Shown in pieces: positions 43,673-53,724 of a stretch of DNA of 64,000 nt. The notes below the pieces were generated by a model. That model did not search any database. It saw nothing but the letters and a program-made list of their open reading frames with translations, and was not told the origin of the DNA. Made by a program: the position numbers and the translations under genes. Origin of the DNA: an uncultured archaeon (GTDB taxonomy: Archaea > Thermoproteota > Bathyarchaeia > Bathyarchaeales > Bathycorpusculaceae); the NCBI GenBank assembly GCA_963782915.1, contig CAWALK010000015.1:32001-96000 (forward strand), given 5' to 3'. Each line of letters starts with the position of its first letter. The stretch's first letter is position 1.

Positions 43673-45197
43673 CTAAATATAATACTTGAATTTCGGGTTT
43701 ACCTTTTTAATTGTTGGATTAGAAACAAGAATCTCGCCTACTGCATTAGAGAATCCTATTGTTACTGGCGTTGAATCGCCGTATTTGCATTCGTTGAAGT
43801 TAAGTTTTGTTAGCCCTAAAATGTCAGTTGCCACTTGGTCGAGGTCGGAATCACCATATTGCAGGTCAATTCGTAGCGGTACAGGAATTTCCCATCCATC
43901 ATAAGTACCTAAGAAGGGTTTGAATCCAGTTGTCCATAGGTAACCTCTTTTATCACTAATCTTAAGAAATGTGCCCCGTAATACTGGCCATCTTCCTTCT
44001 CTATATAAACGGATCTGATCGGGTTCTTGCCTTATTTTGATGCAAACAACTTTTTTAGAAGGACATGCTGATCGAAAGCCTTGATATTCCTCAAAATTAA
44101 TTCCTGCTTTATAATGAAGAAAAACCTCATTCAATGGTTTCCCCTCAAGTTCTTGATAAGTCGTTAATACTTCGGTAAGTAAATCTTTGGCAGCTTGTTT
44201 CGATAAATGGAATTCACCGTCCTTTGGAGAAAACCAGGGCCCCATGTCTCCTCTTATTACGACACCGTCCCCGCTATCGAGAAACATCTGCGCAGCGCAA
44301 CAAGCATATTTATTGCCGAATGCTGGGTCAGTCCTATGGAAAACAACACCGACATAACACACACCATTTCTCGCTGTACTCAGACGCCAAGGCTTTCCAC
44401 CCGCCTTGTAGAACAACGTTGTGCAAATATTCCATGCTCTGTCTGACAAAGGGGTCTTGCCTATTTTGGCGATCAAGGGATCATCATCATTAGCCAGAGT
44501 CGATTCTAATACAATTTGTATTGGTGCTTCGATTTTCTCTTTTAAGGCTCTTGCTTTCAATTGGCGCCTAAAATCTACCGAATACTTATACATAGAAAGG
44601 TCCAAGGATGCGAGAAGTTCTGTTTGGCCAATCGCTCGGTTCTTTCGGTCACTCGAAGAAATTCTTTCGCCTACTCCGTCTTTTATGTAGCTTTTTGGTC
44701 GACAATTTTCATAGATAATATCAGGTACAACACAAACTATAGTATCAATTCTATCGTCGGTGTTCATTAGATGCCGTATTCCTTCAAGGTATTGGTTAAC
44801 TACCTCGTATGCTCGTTTATTAGGGTCTAAATCTGTAGAATCTGACACTAATTTTTCAGCATCAACTTGAAACTTTTGAGTTGGTTTACTCGGTAGGTGA
44901 GAATAAAATGTCGCTTGGAAACCAGGAAATGGCGGCCATAATTTGGGGCTGTCTATTCCTTTTTGGGAAATAATAACATTTTGAATTTTTTCAAAAAATC
45001 CTTCGGCCATTTCTATACCGTGAGGTGTCCCGACTAGACCGAATGAAATGTTTTTCGGGTGCCCATTTGTATCAGTATCATAGGGGCCAAAAATGGTTAA
45101 ACCTACTTTAGGATCTATTACCTTCTGCCCATATCTAAATTTCTAGATAGGGCTCGCCAAGAAAATTTAAGTTATATCGAATCGGGTTCTGTGCCAT
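43673..45197 (-). CDS. Short prokaryotic Argonaute (MID-PIWI, catalytically inactive), SPARTA-type; 1-nt frameshift near 45140
   Basis: ATG at 45197 gives ...LGEPYLE/FRYGQKVIDPKVGLTIFGP; then FRRQLKARAL, PIQIVLESTL, WNICTTLFYKAGGKPWRL, CCAAQMFLDSGDG, DILGLTKLNFN, PVTIGFSNAVGEIL, FKYYI C-terminus; ~507 aa when joined. Confidence 0.93.
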
Positions 45198-46541
45198 CGC
45201 TTTCCGCCTCAGTCGGTTCATCAGTCAATATTATTTCTTCGTTTTCAGTGCACTCGGGGACCGTTAATTTTTTTTCGTCAATACCAAAATTGCTATCAAA
45301 GGTCATTGGATTCATCGGTATCTTAAAATTACCTGAGTCACTTTGAGCGATTATTACCTCTTCTTTTCCATCACTTAACCACTGTGAAAGTGCCAATATT
45401 CTAGATAGCCATTGGTAATTCCACCAAGTCTTACACAAAGCTTTCCTGTGTGAATTTGCACGTCTTGGCTCGATAGCGTTCCCTTCTAAATCAGTCCAGT
45501 AAACGCTAATCCTTAATCTTACAACTGGTTCCCCTAACATATTAAGGAAAAATCTAAAATCAGGCGATAAGTGGTATCTCGCATACTCTGTAATTTCCAC
45601 ACCTTGTTGAAACGATTTGAACTTCTTACTGCCAACTACTAGCACATGCACTTTTTTGTTATCAAACCTAGTTAAAAACAACTTATCGTTAGGCACTAAA
45701 CTTTTTGGGAAATATATAGGACCATCGTTATCCCGCTTTAATCCCTTCCTTTTACAGAATTGATAGAAGCATTCCCCTAAAAGTTGCGATAGCGTATTCA
45801 TCATTGGTTGATTGTAATCGCCAATTATTCTTTGTACCTCAAACTCTTGGTTCATCCTTAATCCGTTATTGCCAGTTGTTTGAGGCTCGCCAAAGGCCCA
45901 AATAAATTCATCATTTATTTTTAGAAACGCCCAATTTCGATCTATATTTTCCAGGCTGATCTCTGGTGTAATTTTATATTTCCTTAAGTATTTAGGCAAC
46001 TTCTAGAACGGGAATTATGTTTGACCAAATTTTTTCCTTTCGGGTTTCAGGTTGCTCATCAGATTTTAGTAAAGTGCCTATGTTTTGATGAGCACTATCT
46101 AGCTCTCTTGGCGCTTTTATTTCGTTCAATTTATTCAAAAGAGCACAAAAACCCCCAAACCAACTTCTGTTAAATGAAATATAGGATAAATCTGACAATG
46201 AAAAATCAAGTTCTGAGGGTTTTAGCCCATCGAGGTTAATTGGAATTAGAAAGTCTGGGCTTTTCTTGCTCTTTCCAACATTTAATGCCTAGTGTGCGCT
46301 CTTTTCTTGGATTCTCCTTGTTGATAGAATTGTGCGATAAAATAGCAATTAATCTAAATGTTTTATTTTGAATGGCTTCTGTTATATCGTGCGGATAAGA
46401 TTCACCGCCTAACAATTTCAGGCGATCGTACCATACCTTAAATCCTTCGGATGCCAGCTTTAGTGCAAGCCAATCAGCGAAACAACCATCCTCTATAGCA
46501 TAACTAATAAAAAGATGCTCTGGAGGATTTGCGGTCGCCAT
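45172..46541 (-). CDS. TIR-APAZ effector (frameshifts near 46265 and 46000)
   Basis: TIR: LFISYAIED..FADWLALKL..GFKVWYD..LLGGE, then (joined) FLIPINLD, YISFNRSW..G...LL. APAZ: IYFPK, YHLSP, RKALCKTWWNYQWLSRILA. ~455 aa joined; its end overlaps the Ago start. Confidence 0.9.
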
Positions 46542-46893
46542 GTGAGATCATGGTAAGTAATGCTAATTTGCTTATATTAACTAACGCCTGATGACAAAAA
46601 CACAATAATTTAGTTACTAACATATGCGCTACCAGATTCAATTATGTTAGTTTTGTTGTGTTTTTTGTTTGTTGGGATCTTTATAGGTGGCGGGTGGCTG
46701 CTGGGTTGAGCGGTTTAGTTTTTGTTTTGGAGGGTGTTGTGGGTTTGTTTGTTGTTTTGGTTTTATGGGCTACTATGTTGTGCCTTCTGTGGTACAAGAC
46801 GGCTTATCTGTTGGCGGCTGCTTTTGGCTGGGGTGACGGGCTAAGGAATTGAATGGGCCATGCTAGTGCCCGAATTGCATTTTGCTATTCATT

Positions 46894-46964
46894 GTTTGCA
46901 AAGTTATTCACTAATTCAGTCTATAAATAAGGGAGGGGGTAGGTCCTCTGAGGTAGGTAGGTCC
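46894..46964 (+). repeat. TATA/G-tract repeat element, copy C
   Basis: GTTTGCAAAGTTATTCACTAATTCAGTCTATAAATAAGGGAGGGGGTAGGTCCTCTGAGGT; matches the reverse complement of parts of 50717-50838. Confidence 0.85.
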
Positions 46965-46992
46965 TGTCTTTTTACCTAACCGAAGTTTTGGG

Positions 46993-47565
46993 CTAATAGT
47001 TTTCTGTCCAAACTTCAAAGTATGCTTGCGGATGGTTGCATGTTGGGCAACTGTCGGGTGCGTTGGGTCCTTCGAGGACCATGCCGCAGTTTCTGCATCT
47101 CCACTTGACTGGTGCATCTTTCTTGAACACTTTACCGGCCTGAACGTTTTCTAATAGTTTGTTGTATCGGCGTTCATGGTAAACTTCTACGCCTGCAACC
47201 ATGGTGAAGGTTTTTGCAACATCCATAAAACCCTCTCTTTTGCGGTTTCAGCAAAGTTCGGGTAAAGTGTGCCCCACTCGAGTTTTTCGCCTTCCGCGGC
47301 ACCCTTCAAATTAGTCTGCTGTTGAGGCAATGATGCCTGCTGGGTACGAAGCGGTGAATTCTACCATGCCGCCTTTGAGGTGCTTAAAGAAGAATTCGGC
47401 ATGTTCTTTCTCGTTGGCTGCTGTTTCCTCGAAGATTGCGCCGATTTGTTCATAACCTTCTTTTTTGGCTACGCTGGCAAAGAAGGTATATCGGTTTCGT
47501 GCTTGGGATTCACCTGCGAACGCTGCAAGCAGGTTCTTTTCGGTTTGGCTTCCACTAAAATTCAT
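46993..47565 (-). CDS. rbr: Rubrerythrin (frameshifts near 47305 and 47235)
   Basis: NLLAAFAGESQARNRY, ETAANEKEHA, EVYHERRY, WRCRNCG, CPTCNHPQAYFE. Confidence 0.93.
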
Positions 47566-47668
47566 ACTATTGGACTCCTTACCATTGATTTGAATAAACA
47601 AAAATAAAAGCATATCCAAAACCCCAAAACCATGTTAAAGGCTTTTATTTTCCACTTTCTATGATGTG

Positions 47669-47742
47669 TTTGCCGAATGATGAGAAGGCATTAAGTTGAC
47701 ATAATTGATTGGATGAAAATTCAGAGTTACTCAGACGGCAAA
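47669..47742 (+). ncRNA. Candidate box C/D sRNA
   Basis: 7-bp terminal stem TTTGCCG/CGGCAAA, C box ATGATGA (47677), D' TTGA, C'-like TGGATGA, D-like CAGA, with 12- and 15-nt guide-length spacers. Confidence 0.5.
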
Positions 47743-47790
47743 GGGTGAGTAACCTTATACGGTGTGGTAACCGTGTAGGGTTATTCACCT
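47743..47790 (+). other. Long RNA hairpin (~20-bp stem with G-U pairs)
   Basis: GGTGAGTAACCTTATACGGT-GTGGTA-ACCGTGTAGGGTTATTCACC; all three non-Watson-Crick positions are G-U on the + strand. Confidence 0.6.
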
Positions 47791-47987
47791 GACTATCCAA
47801 TCAAAAACAGTAAACCCCGATTATTCTTCGTTTGCACAAAGCGCTATCCCCCAACCGAAAAACAAAACACCGCTAACCAGCCAGCCCACTTCACCCAACA
47901 ACGCCTCCAACATTAACATGCCAGCGATAGTAATTTTTAAAAGGACTACACACGTATTGATTAACTCTGTTTAGAGGAAGAGAAAGG

Positions 47988-49616
47988 TTGGAAACAGTAA
48001 CCGGCAAAAAAATAGTGCTCACAGCATCAGCCACTGAAATGAGCGATTTCCTAAATAACCCATTCATAGCGTTCGCGGGAGGCTTCGGAAAAGGCCCATT
48101 CCCACTCTCATACGTAAGAAAAACACTCTACCCCGGCTGCGGCAAAAAACCGGACGGACAAGCAGCATACGCACCCTACGGACTGCGCAAAGTAGAAGCC
48201 ATACTTCTGCAAGGCGGCTTCTCAGCAGACGACATCGCAGTAGCCAACCCAGAAGACCTCGACTTATTCATCGGACCAAACACCAAAGTCGTCGGAATCT
48301 CCTCCATGGACCCCACCGGCATGGGATACGTCAGCAAAACCTACAGCAGCATCGTTGGCGGCGGCGAACCCATGAACCGCATAGAATTCCGAAAACTCAT
48401 AGAGCACCCCGCCATCAAAAAATATAAACCAAAAATCATCGTCGGCGGATACGGCTCTTGGCAACTTGAACGCCAACACGTCTCACAAAGCTACGGCATA
48501 GACTGCGTACTTATGGGCGGCAGACCGGGACCAATCATTGAACTCTTCAAAAAAGCCGTCAACGGCGAAGCGATTCCACGCATAGCCAAAGCAGACGAAT
48601 CACTGGATAACTGGAACTACAACCAAGAAATGCCCCTTACAACAAACGTGGCAATTCACGGCGCAGTAGAAATCAGCAAGGGCTGCGGTCGAAACTGCCA
48701 ATTCTGCACACCCACCATGCAGCACAAAATCGATGTGCCATTGGAAAGAATCATGAACGAAGTAGCCTTAAGTACTGCTCAGGGCAGCGATCACATTACC
48801 TTAATCACCGAAGACCTCTTCTTGTACGGCGCAAAAGATGCCCGATTCATTCCTAACCGAGAAGCAGTCGTTAACCTTTGCAAAAGCGTCGCAGATTACC
48901 CCGGCGTTAAAAGCATACAAGCCGCACACATGTCCTTGGCGCCAGTTTACCATGACCCCCAAATGATTCAACAACTCGCAGAAATTTTAATCGAAAAATC
49001 CTGGTACAGCTTCGGCAAAAAACCCATAATCACCGCCGAAACAGGCATCGAAACCGGCAGCCCACGCCTCATGAAAAAATATATGGCCGGCAAAATGTTA
49101 CCCTTCAAGCCGGAACAGTGGCAAGATGTGGTCACCAACGCTTTTGGTATCCTAAACGATAATGACTGGTACCCATTGGCAACCTTGATTATCGGTTTGC
49201 CGGATGAGAAAGAAGAAGACATGCTCCAAACCTTAGAGTTAATGGATAAACTCAAAGGTTACAACGCGTTTTATGTGCCGCTCTTCTTTGTGCCACTCGA
49301 AAACTGCGTACTCATGAACAAGAAAGGCGCAGAAATGGATTCCCTCTCAAAAGCACGCTGGGACTTCTTCATCAAATGCTGGGAATACAACATCAAAATC
49401 TGGAAACCCACATTCCTAGAAAACCGCTTACCGAACCCGGTGGCGTACAAGGCATTCGACAAAGTCGTTATCCCCTACATCGGCAAAATCTTAGGCGCAT
49501 ACTACAGCTTAACACGCGGCGATAGCAGCCAACAATTCAAGCAGGCTGTTTACCAATTAAGTATGCCGATGCCTGATAATGGTCGAAAAGTAAAAGGAAA
49601 AGAAAGTAAGGTTTAG
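47988..49616 (+). CDS. Radical SAM protein with B12-binding-like N-terminal domain
   Basis: APYGLRKVEA, VGISSMDP, IIVGGYG, EISKGCGRNCQFC (CxxxCxxC), GIETGS, IIGLPDE. Confidence 0.88.
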   Translation: METVTGKKIVLTASATEMSDFLNNPFIAFAGGFGKGPFPLSYVRKTLYPGCGKKPDGQAAYAPYGLRKVEAILLQGGFSADDIAVANPEDLDLFIGPNTKVVGISSMDPTGMGYVSKTYSSIVGGGEPMNRIEFRKLIEHPAIKKYKPKIIVGGYGSWQLERQHVSQSYGIDCVLMGGRPGPIIELFKKAVNGEAIPRIAKADESLDNWNYNQEMPLTTNVAIHGAVEISKGCGRNCQFCTPTMQHKIDVPLERIMNEVALSTAQGSDHITLITEDLFLYGAKDARFIPNREAVVNLCKSVADYPGVKSIQAAHMSLAPVYHDPQMIQQLAEILIEKSWYSFGKKPIITAETGIETGSPRLMKKYMAGKMLPFKPEQWQDVVTNAFGILNDNDWYPLATLIIGLPDEKEEDMLQTLELMDKLKGYNAFYVPLFFVPLENCVLMNKKGAEMDSLSKARWDFFIKCWEYNIKIWKPTFLENRLPNPVAYKAFDKVVIPYIGKILGAYYSLTRGDSSQQFKQAVYQLSMPMPDNGRKVKGKESKV

Positions 49617-50494
49617 GCAGTTTCTTGTTCTGCCATTTCTTCTTCTAATTGTTCTTCTTGTTGTTCTAAAACCATGTTTTCTGCCGCTGCTTCCGGTGTT
49701 GCTTGGGGTGTTCGGTGGTGGTTTATGATTTTTCTTGCGTGGGTTATGTAGCCTGTGTGCCCTGTCATCATGGTGTTGGGTCTGGTTTTGCCGCGTTCAA
49801 CTTGCATGCTGCGCATTAGGCATTCGATGGTTTCTATGAATACGAAGCCTTGGTCGCGTAGTGCTTCGGTTGTGCGCACGACTTGGTCGATGGTTGGGCT
49901 AAAGGAGACGAGTATGCCTGAGGGTTTGAGTGCTTCGTAAGCGTGTGGCACTACTAGCCACGGAACCGCAAGGTCCAAAATCACTGCGTCTAAGTCGCGT
50001 TCGGCGATGCCCATGGTTACGTCGCCGCTTTTCATCTCAACGTTGTCGATGAGTTTGGAGCGTGCCAAGTTTTTGGCGGCGTTTTTCTGGAATTCCGGGC
50101 GTAACTCGTAAGTGTAAACTTTGCCTGTTGGCCCAACATAATGCGCTAACGCTGAGGTTAATGCGCCTGTGCCTGTGCCTGATTCGAATACGCGGCTTCC
50201 GGGGCCGATACCGCTAAACATAACGATTAAAGCGGCGTCTTTGGGGTAAACGATTTGTGTGTTGCGTCCCGACTTCATCATGTAATCGGTTAACGACGGT
50301 TTGAGTGTGGCGAATGTTACGCCTAAGCTGCTTTTGATTGGTTCACCGTATTCTTTGCCGATTAAATCATCCAGTTTCAGGAAGCCTTTGTGGGTATGGA
50401 AGCTTTGTCCCGACTGCACCTTAATCATGTATGTTCTGCGGGCGTCCAGGTAAATTAGCACCATGTCCCCGTCAGCGATTAACTCGTTAGTCAA
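49613..50494 (-). CDS. trmI: tRNA (adenine-57/58-N1)-methyltransferase
   Basis: FHTHKG, TQIVYPKD, ESGTGTGALT, DAVILDL..PW, FSPTIDQV, GHTGYI. Confidence 0.95.
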   Translation of the reverse strand: MTNELIADGDMVLIYLDARRTYMIKVQSGQSFHTHKGFLKLDDLIGKEYGEPIKSSLGVTFATLKPSLTDYMMKSGRNTQIVYPKDAALIVMFSGIGPGSRVFESGTGTGALTSALAHYVGPTGKVYTYELRPEFQKNAAKNLARSKLIDNVEMKSGDVTMGIAERDLDAVILDLAVPWLVVPHAYEALKPSGILVSFSPTIDQVVRTTEALRDQGFVFIETIECLMRSMQVERGKTRPNTMMTGHTGYITHARKIINHHRTPQATPEAAAENMVLEQQEEQLEEEMAEQETA

Positions 50495-50716
50495 ATAGTG
50501 TTCCTCGAAAAGTGAAAATGATGCGGTGCCATTTAAGCTTTGAAGCCCTTACGACGCATTTTTCTATATTGCGTTCGGTCGGAGCGGCGTTGTTTTTTCT
50601 TTGTTAATTGTTGCTGTGGGCTCCTTTTATTTCAACAACAACCAACAGGCTTGGATGTGCAAATGTTTGGCGTCTGCGTTTGAGTTGGTTTGGTTCAGCT
50701 TTGCCGTATACGTTTA

Positions 50717-50838
50717 GGGACCCACCTCAGAATTACCTACCCCTCCCTTATTTAAAGAATAAATAGACAACTTCAACTGCTCTGCCAGCTACCTCCCCTC
50801 CCTCTATATACACTGAATTAGTGAATTACTTTGCAAAC
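50717..50838 (-). repeat. TATA/G-tract repeat element, copy D (two units, inverted relative to copy C)
   Basis: Minus strand: GTTTGCAAAGTAATTCACTAATTCAGTGTATATAGAGGGAGGGGAGGTAGCTGGCAGAGCA and ATTCTTTAAATAAGGGAGGGGTAGGTAATTCTGAGGTGGGTCCC. Confidence 0.85.
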
Positions 50839-50994
50839 GCCCGCATTTTCTTCAAATTAAGATTTTTAAATATAACTGATTATTTAGCGTGCATAAACCC
50901 CGACAGTGCTCGATTGAGTGCGGTTTGTCGTCAGAGCCTCCTTTCCATTCCATTATATAAACGAAAAAATCAAATATCGAATTAGAGGAGCATT

Positions 50995-53502
50995 ATGAAA
51001 AAGAAAAATATAGAGTTAATTTTATTTACGGTATTTCTAATCGCAACAATCGCTATCCCACTTTCCATACCCGAAGCTAACTCTGCACCTATACATCATA
51101 AAGCCACTCACGCATACATCGGAGCCACTCCAAACCCAATCGGTGTAGGACAAGAAACACTCATTCACCTCGGCATCACTGACGAATTAGAACTCGTCCA
51201 GTATGGCTGGAAAGGACTAACAGTAACAGTCACAAAACCCGACAACACAACCTCAACACTTGGTCCATTTAATACTGACTCCACAGGCGGAACAGGCACA
51301 GTCTACGTTCCGGAAACAGTCGGCACCTACTATTTCCAAACAAACTTCCCCGCACAATGGTTCAACTGGTCTAGGAACACAAACGGCGGCGCAGACATCT
51401 ACTACGAAGCAAGCCAAAGTGAAAAACTCGCATTAGAAGTTGACCAAACACCAAGACAATACTATCCATCACAACCCTTACCCTCAGAATGGTGGACACG
51501 ACCAATCGACGACCAACTCAGAGACTGGTACACAATAGCTGGTAACTGGCTAGCACCAACACGCAACGAAGGTCCATTCATTCCAGAAAATGCAAATGCA
51601 GCCGAAACTGCACACATTCTATGGGCAAAACCACAAACCTTAGGCGGTATAGTTGGCGGACAATACGGGCTTGAAGAATTCGAAAACGGTGACGCATACG
51701 AAGGACTATGGGGATACGGTTCTCCAGTAATCATCGGTGGAATAGTATACTATAACAACGACAAAGACGCTGCCCCAGTGAAAACAGTCTCAGCAGTAGA
51801 CCAACGCACCGGCGAAGAACTATGGAACAGAGCACTAATCGGACCAGACAACGTCAGCAGATCACTACAATTCGGTCAAATACTAACTTGGAACTCATAC
51901 AACTACCAAGGAGCATTCTCGTACCTATGGACAACCAGTGGAAGCACATGGAACGCATTCGACCCCTTCACAGGCGAATGGGAATATAGCATGACTAATG
52001 TTCCCTCCGGCACACAACTAAGAGGACCAAACGGCGAAATACTCATCTACACTTTAGACAGCGCAAATGGTTGGATGACCCTTTGGAACTCAACCAGAAT
52101 TGTGAGCACCGATGGTAGTTTCCTACGCAACGGACAAGGTACAACTTTCAAGGCATTATGGAGTTCCCCACGCAATGGAGGCTATGAATGGAACGTAACC
52201 GCACCTAAAGGCCTACCCGGTGCAGTCAACTTTGCATTCTTCGACGACATGGTAGTCGGCGCAAACATGGAAGCACGCACAGCAGCAGCAAACATCCTAG
52301 GCAAAACCGGCAGTCCAGTAGCACTCTGGGCAGTCAACACCAAAACAGCACAAGCCGGACAACTAATCTACAACAAAACATGGCAACCACCCGCAGGCAA
52401 CCTATCATTGGTATTCGAAAGAGCAAGCGTAGCAGACAACGTATTCACAATATGGAGCAAAGAACTACGTGGACGCTTCGGCTTCAACATGGACACAGGC
52501 GAACAAATCTGGGGACCAACCGAACCAGAATACTACCTACAAACATTTGGCCTACAAAGCAACATTGCATACGGTAAACTTTACTCGACAGGATACGGTG
52601 GAGAAGTACATGCATACGACCTAAAAACAGGTAATGTCGTTTGGAACTACACAGTCACAGAACCCTACGGTGGTTCAGAAGTTCTATGGAGTAACAACTG
52701 GCCAATGGCACTGATGTTCATCACAGACGGCAAAGTCTACTTAGCACAAGCAGAACACTCAGCTAACCAACCATTACCAAGAGACGGACCATTCATGGCA
52801 CTCGACGCAGAAAATGGCACAGTTGTTTTCAGAATTGATGGTGCATTCCGTCAACCACGTTGGGCAGGGCAAGCAGCAATCGCAGATGGCATAATTACTC
52901 TCTTTAACACATACGACAACCAAATCTACTCAATCGGCAAAGGACCAAGCCAAACAACCATCTCAGCCTCACCGAAAACAACAGTATTTGGCGACAGCAT
53001 CCTAATCGAGGGTACAGTCACAGACATTGCAGCAGGTACAAAAGACGACCGAGTAACAGCAAGATTCCCCAACGGTGTAGCAGCAGTCTCAGACGATAGC
53101 ATGAACGACTGGATGAAATACGTCTACATGCAATTCCAAAGACCCACAAACGCTACCGGTGTACCAGTCACTCTAATAGTGATAGATGCAAACGGAAACT
53201 ACGGAACAATAGGCACCACCACAAGCGATTCTAACGGAGCATTTAGCTACCTATGGACACCTGAAATACCTGGCAAGCACACAGTTATCGCAAGTTTCGC
53301 AGGCACAAACTCATACTATGGCTCAACAGCCCAAACCGCCGTGGGCATAACTGAAGTAACAACGCAACCACAAACAACATCTTCAGCTGATACCTCAACA
53401 TCATTTGTTGAAGCATACTTTGTCCCCGCAGTAATTGCGATAATTGTAGCAATAGCTATTGTGGGCATTGTTTTGCTGATGGCAATAAAAAAGAAAGCAT
53501 AA
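50995..53502 (+). CDS. Secreted PQQ-like beta-propeller surface protein with C-terminal TM anchor
   Basis: Signal peptide, PNPIGVGQ, LPSEWWTRPI, AVDQRTGEELW, AYDLKTGNVVW, DNQIYSIGKGPS, ARFPNGV, TM + KK tail. Confidence 0.85.
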   Translation: MKKKNIELILFTVFLIATIAIPLSIPEANSAPIHHKATHAYIGATPNPIGVGQETLIHLGITDELELVQYGWKGLTVTVTKPDNTTSTLGPFNTDSTGGTGTVYVPETVGTYYFQTNFPAQWFNWSRNTNGGADIYYEASQSEKLALEVDQTPRQYYPSQPLPSEWWTRPIDDQLRDWYTIAGNWLAPTRNEGPFIPENANAAETAHILWAKPQTLGGIVGGQYGLEEFENGDAYEGLWGYGSPVIIGGIVYYNNDKDAAPVKTVSAVDQRTGEELWNRALIGPDNVSRSLQFGQILTWNSYNYQGAFSYLWTTSGSTWNAFDPFTGEWEYSMTNVPSGTQLRGPNGEILIYTLDSANGWMTLWNSTRIVSTDGSFLRNGQGTTFKALWSSPRNGGYEWNVTAPKGLPGAVNFAFFDDMVVGANMEARTAAANILGKTGSPVALWAVNTKTAQAGQLIYNKTWQPPAGNLSLVFERASVADNVFTIWSKELRGRFGFNMDTGEQIWGPTEPEYYLQTFGLQSNIAYGKLYSTGYGGEVHAYDLKTGNVVWNYTVTEPYGGSEVLWSNNWPMALMFITDGKVYLAQAEHSANQPLPRDGPFMALDAENGTVVFRIDGAFRQPRWAGQAAIADGIITLFNTYDNQIYSIGKGPSQTTISASPKTTVFGDSILIEGTVTDIAAGTKDDRVTARFPNGVAAVSDDSMNDWMKYVYMQFQRPTNATGVPVTLIVIDANGNYGTIGTTTSDSNGAFSYLWTPEIPGKHTVIASFAGTNSYYGSTAQTAVGITEVTTQPQTTSSADTSTSFVEAYFVPAVIAIIVAIAIVGIVLLMAIKKKA

Positions 53503-53724
53503 GTGAAAAATCAGGGAAGTATTTTCCCTCCCTTTTTTAGTCTGAATTTGGGGTTTAAGCTGGGGCTGAGAAGGCTTCTGGTTGGGAATTTATCGATGTT
53601 TGCAATCATTGTGGATTTCTGGTTTGTATTTTTTTCTTCTCCTAAACTATGGATAAAGTTGCTACAGAAGCCTCAGCAAACCCGACTTCGTCTCAATCCA
53701 ACTTATAAAAGAGACAAGTATCGT

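Noticed and set aside
46658-46852. Hydrophobic 64-aa ORF next to TIR-APAZ as a third (membrane) component of the Ago system
   Set aside because: It lies in G/T low-complexity intergenic sequence on the opposite strand; its hydrophobicity follows from base composition.
10666-50838. G-tract repeats as ORB replication-origin boxes or CRISPR repeats
   Set aside because: They lack the TTCCAxTGGAA-type ORB core and no cdc6/orc1 gene is present; they are not a regular array with unique ~35-nt spacers.
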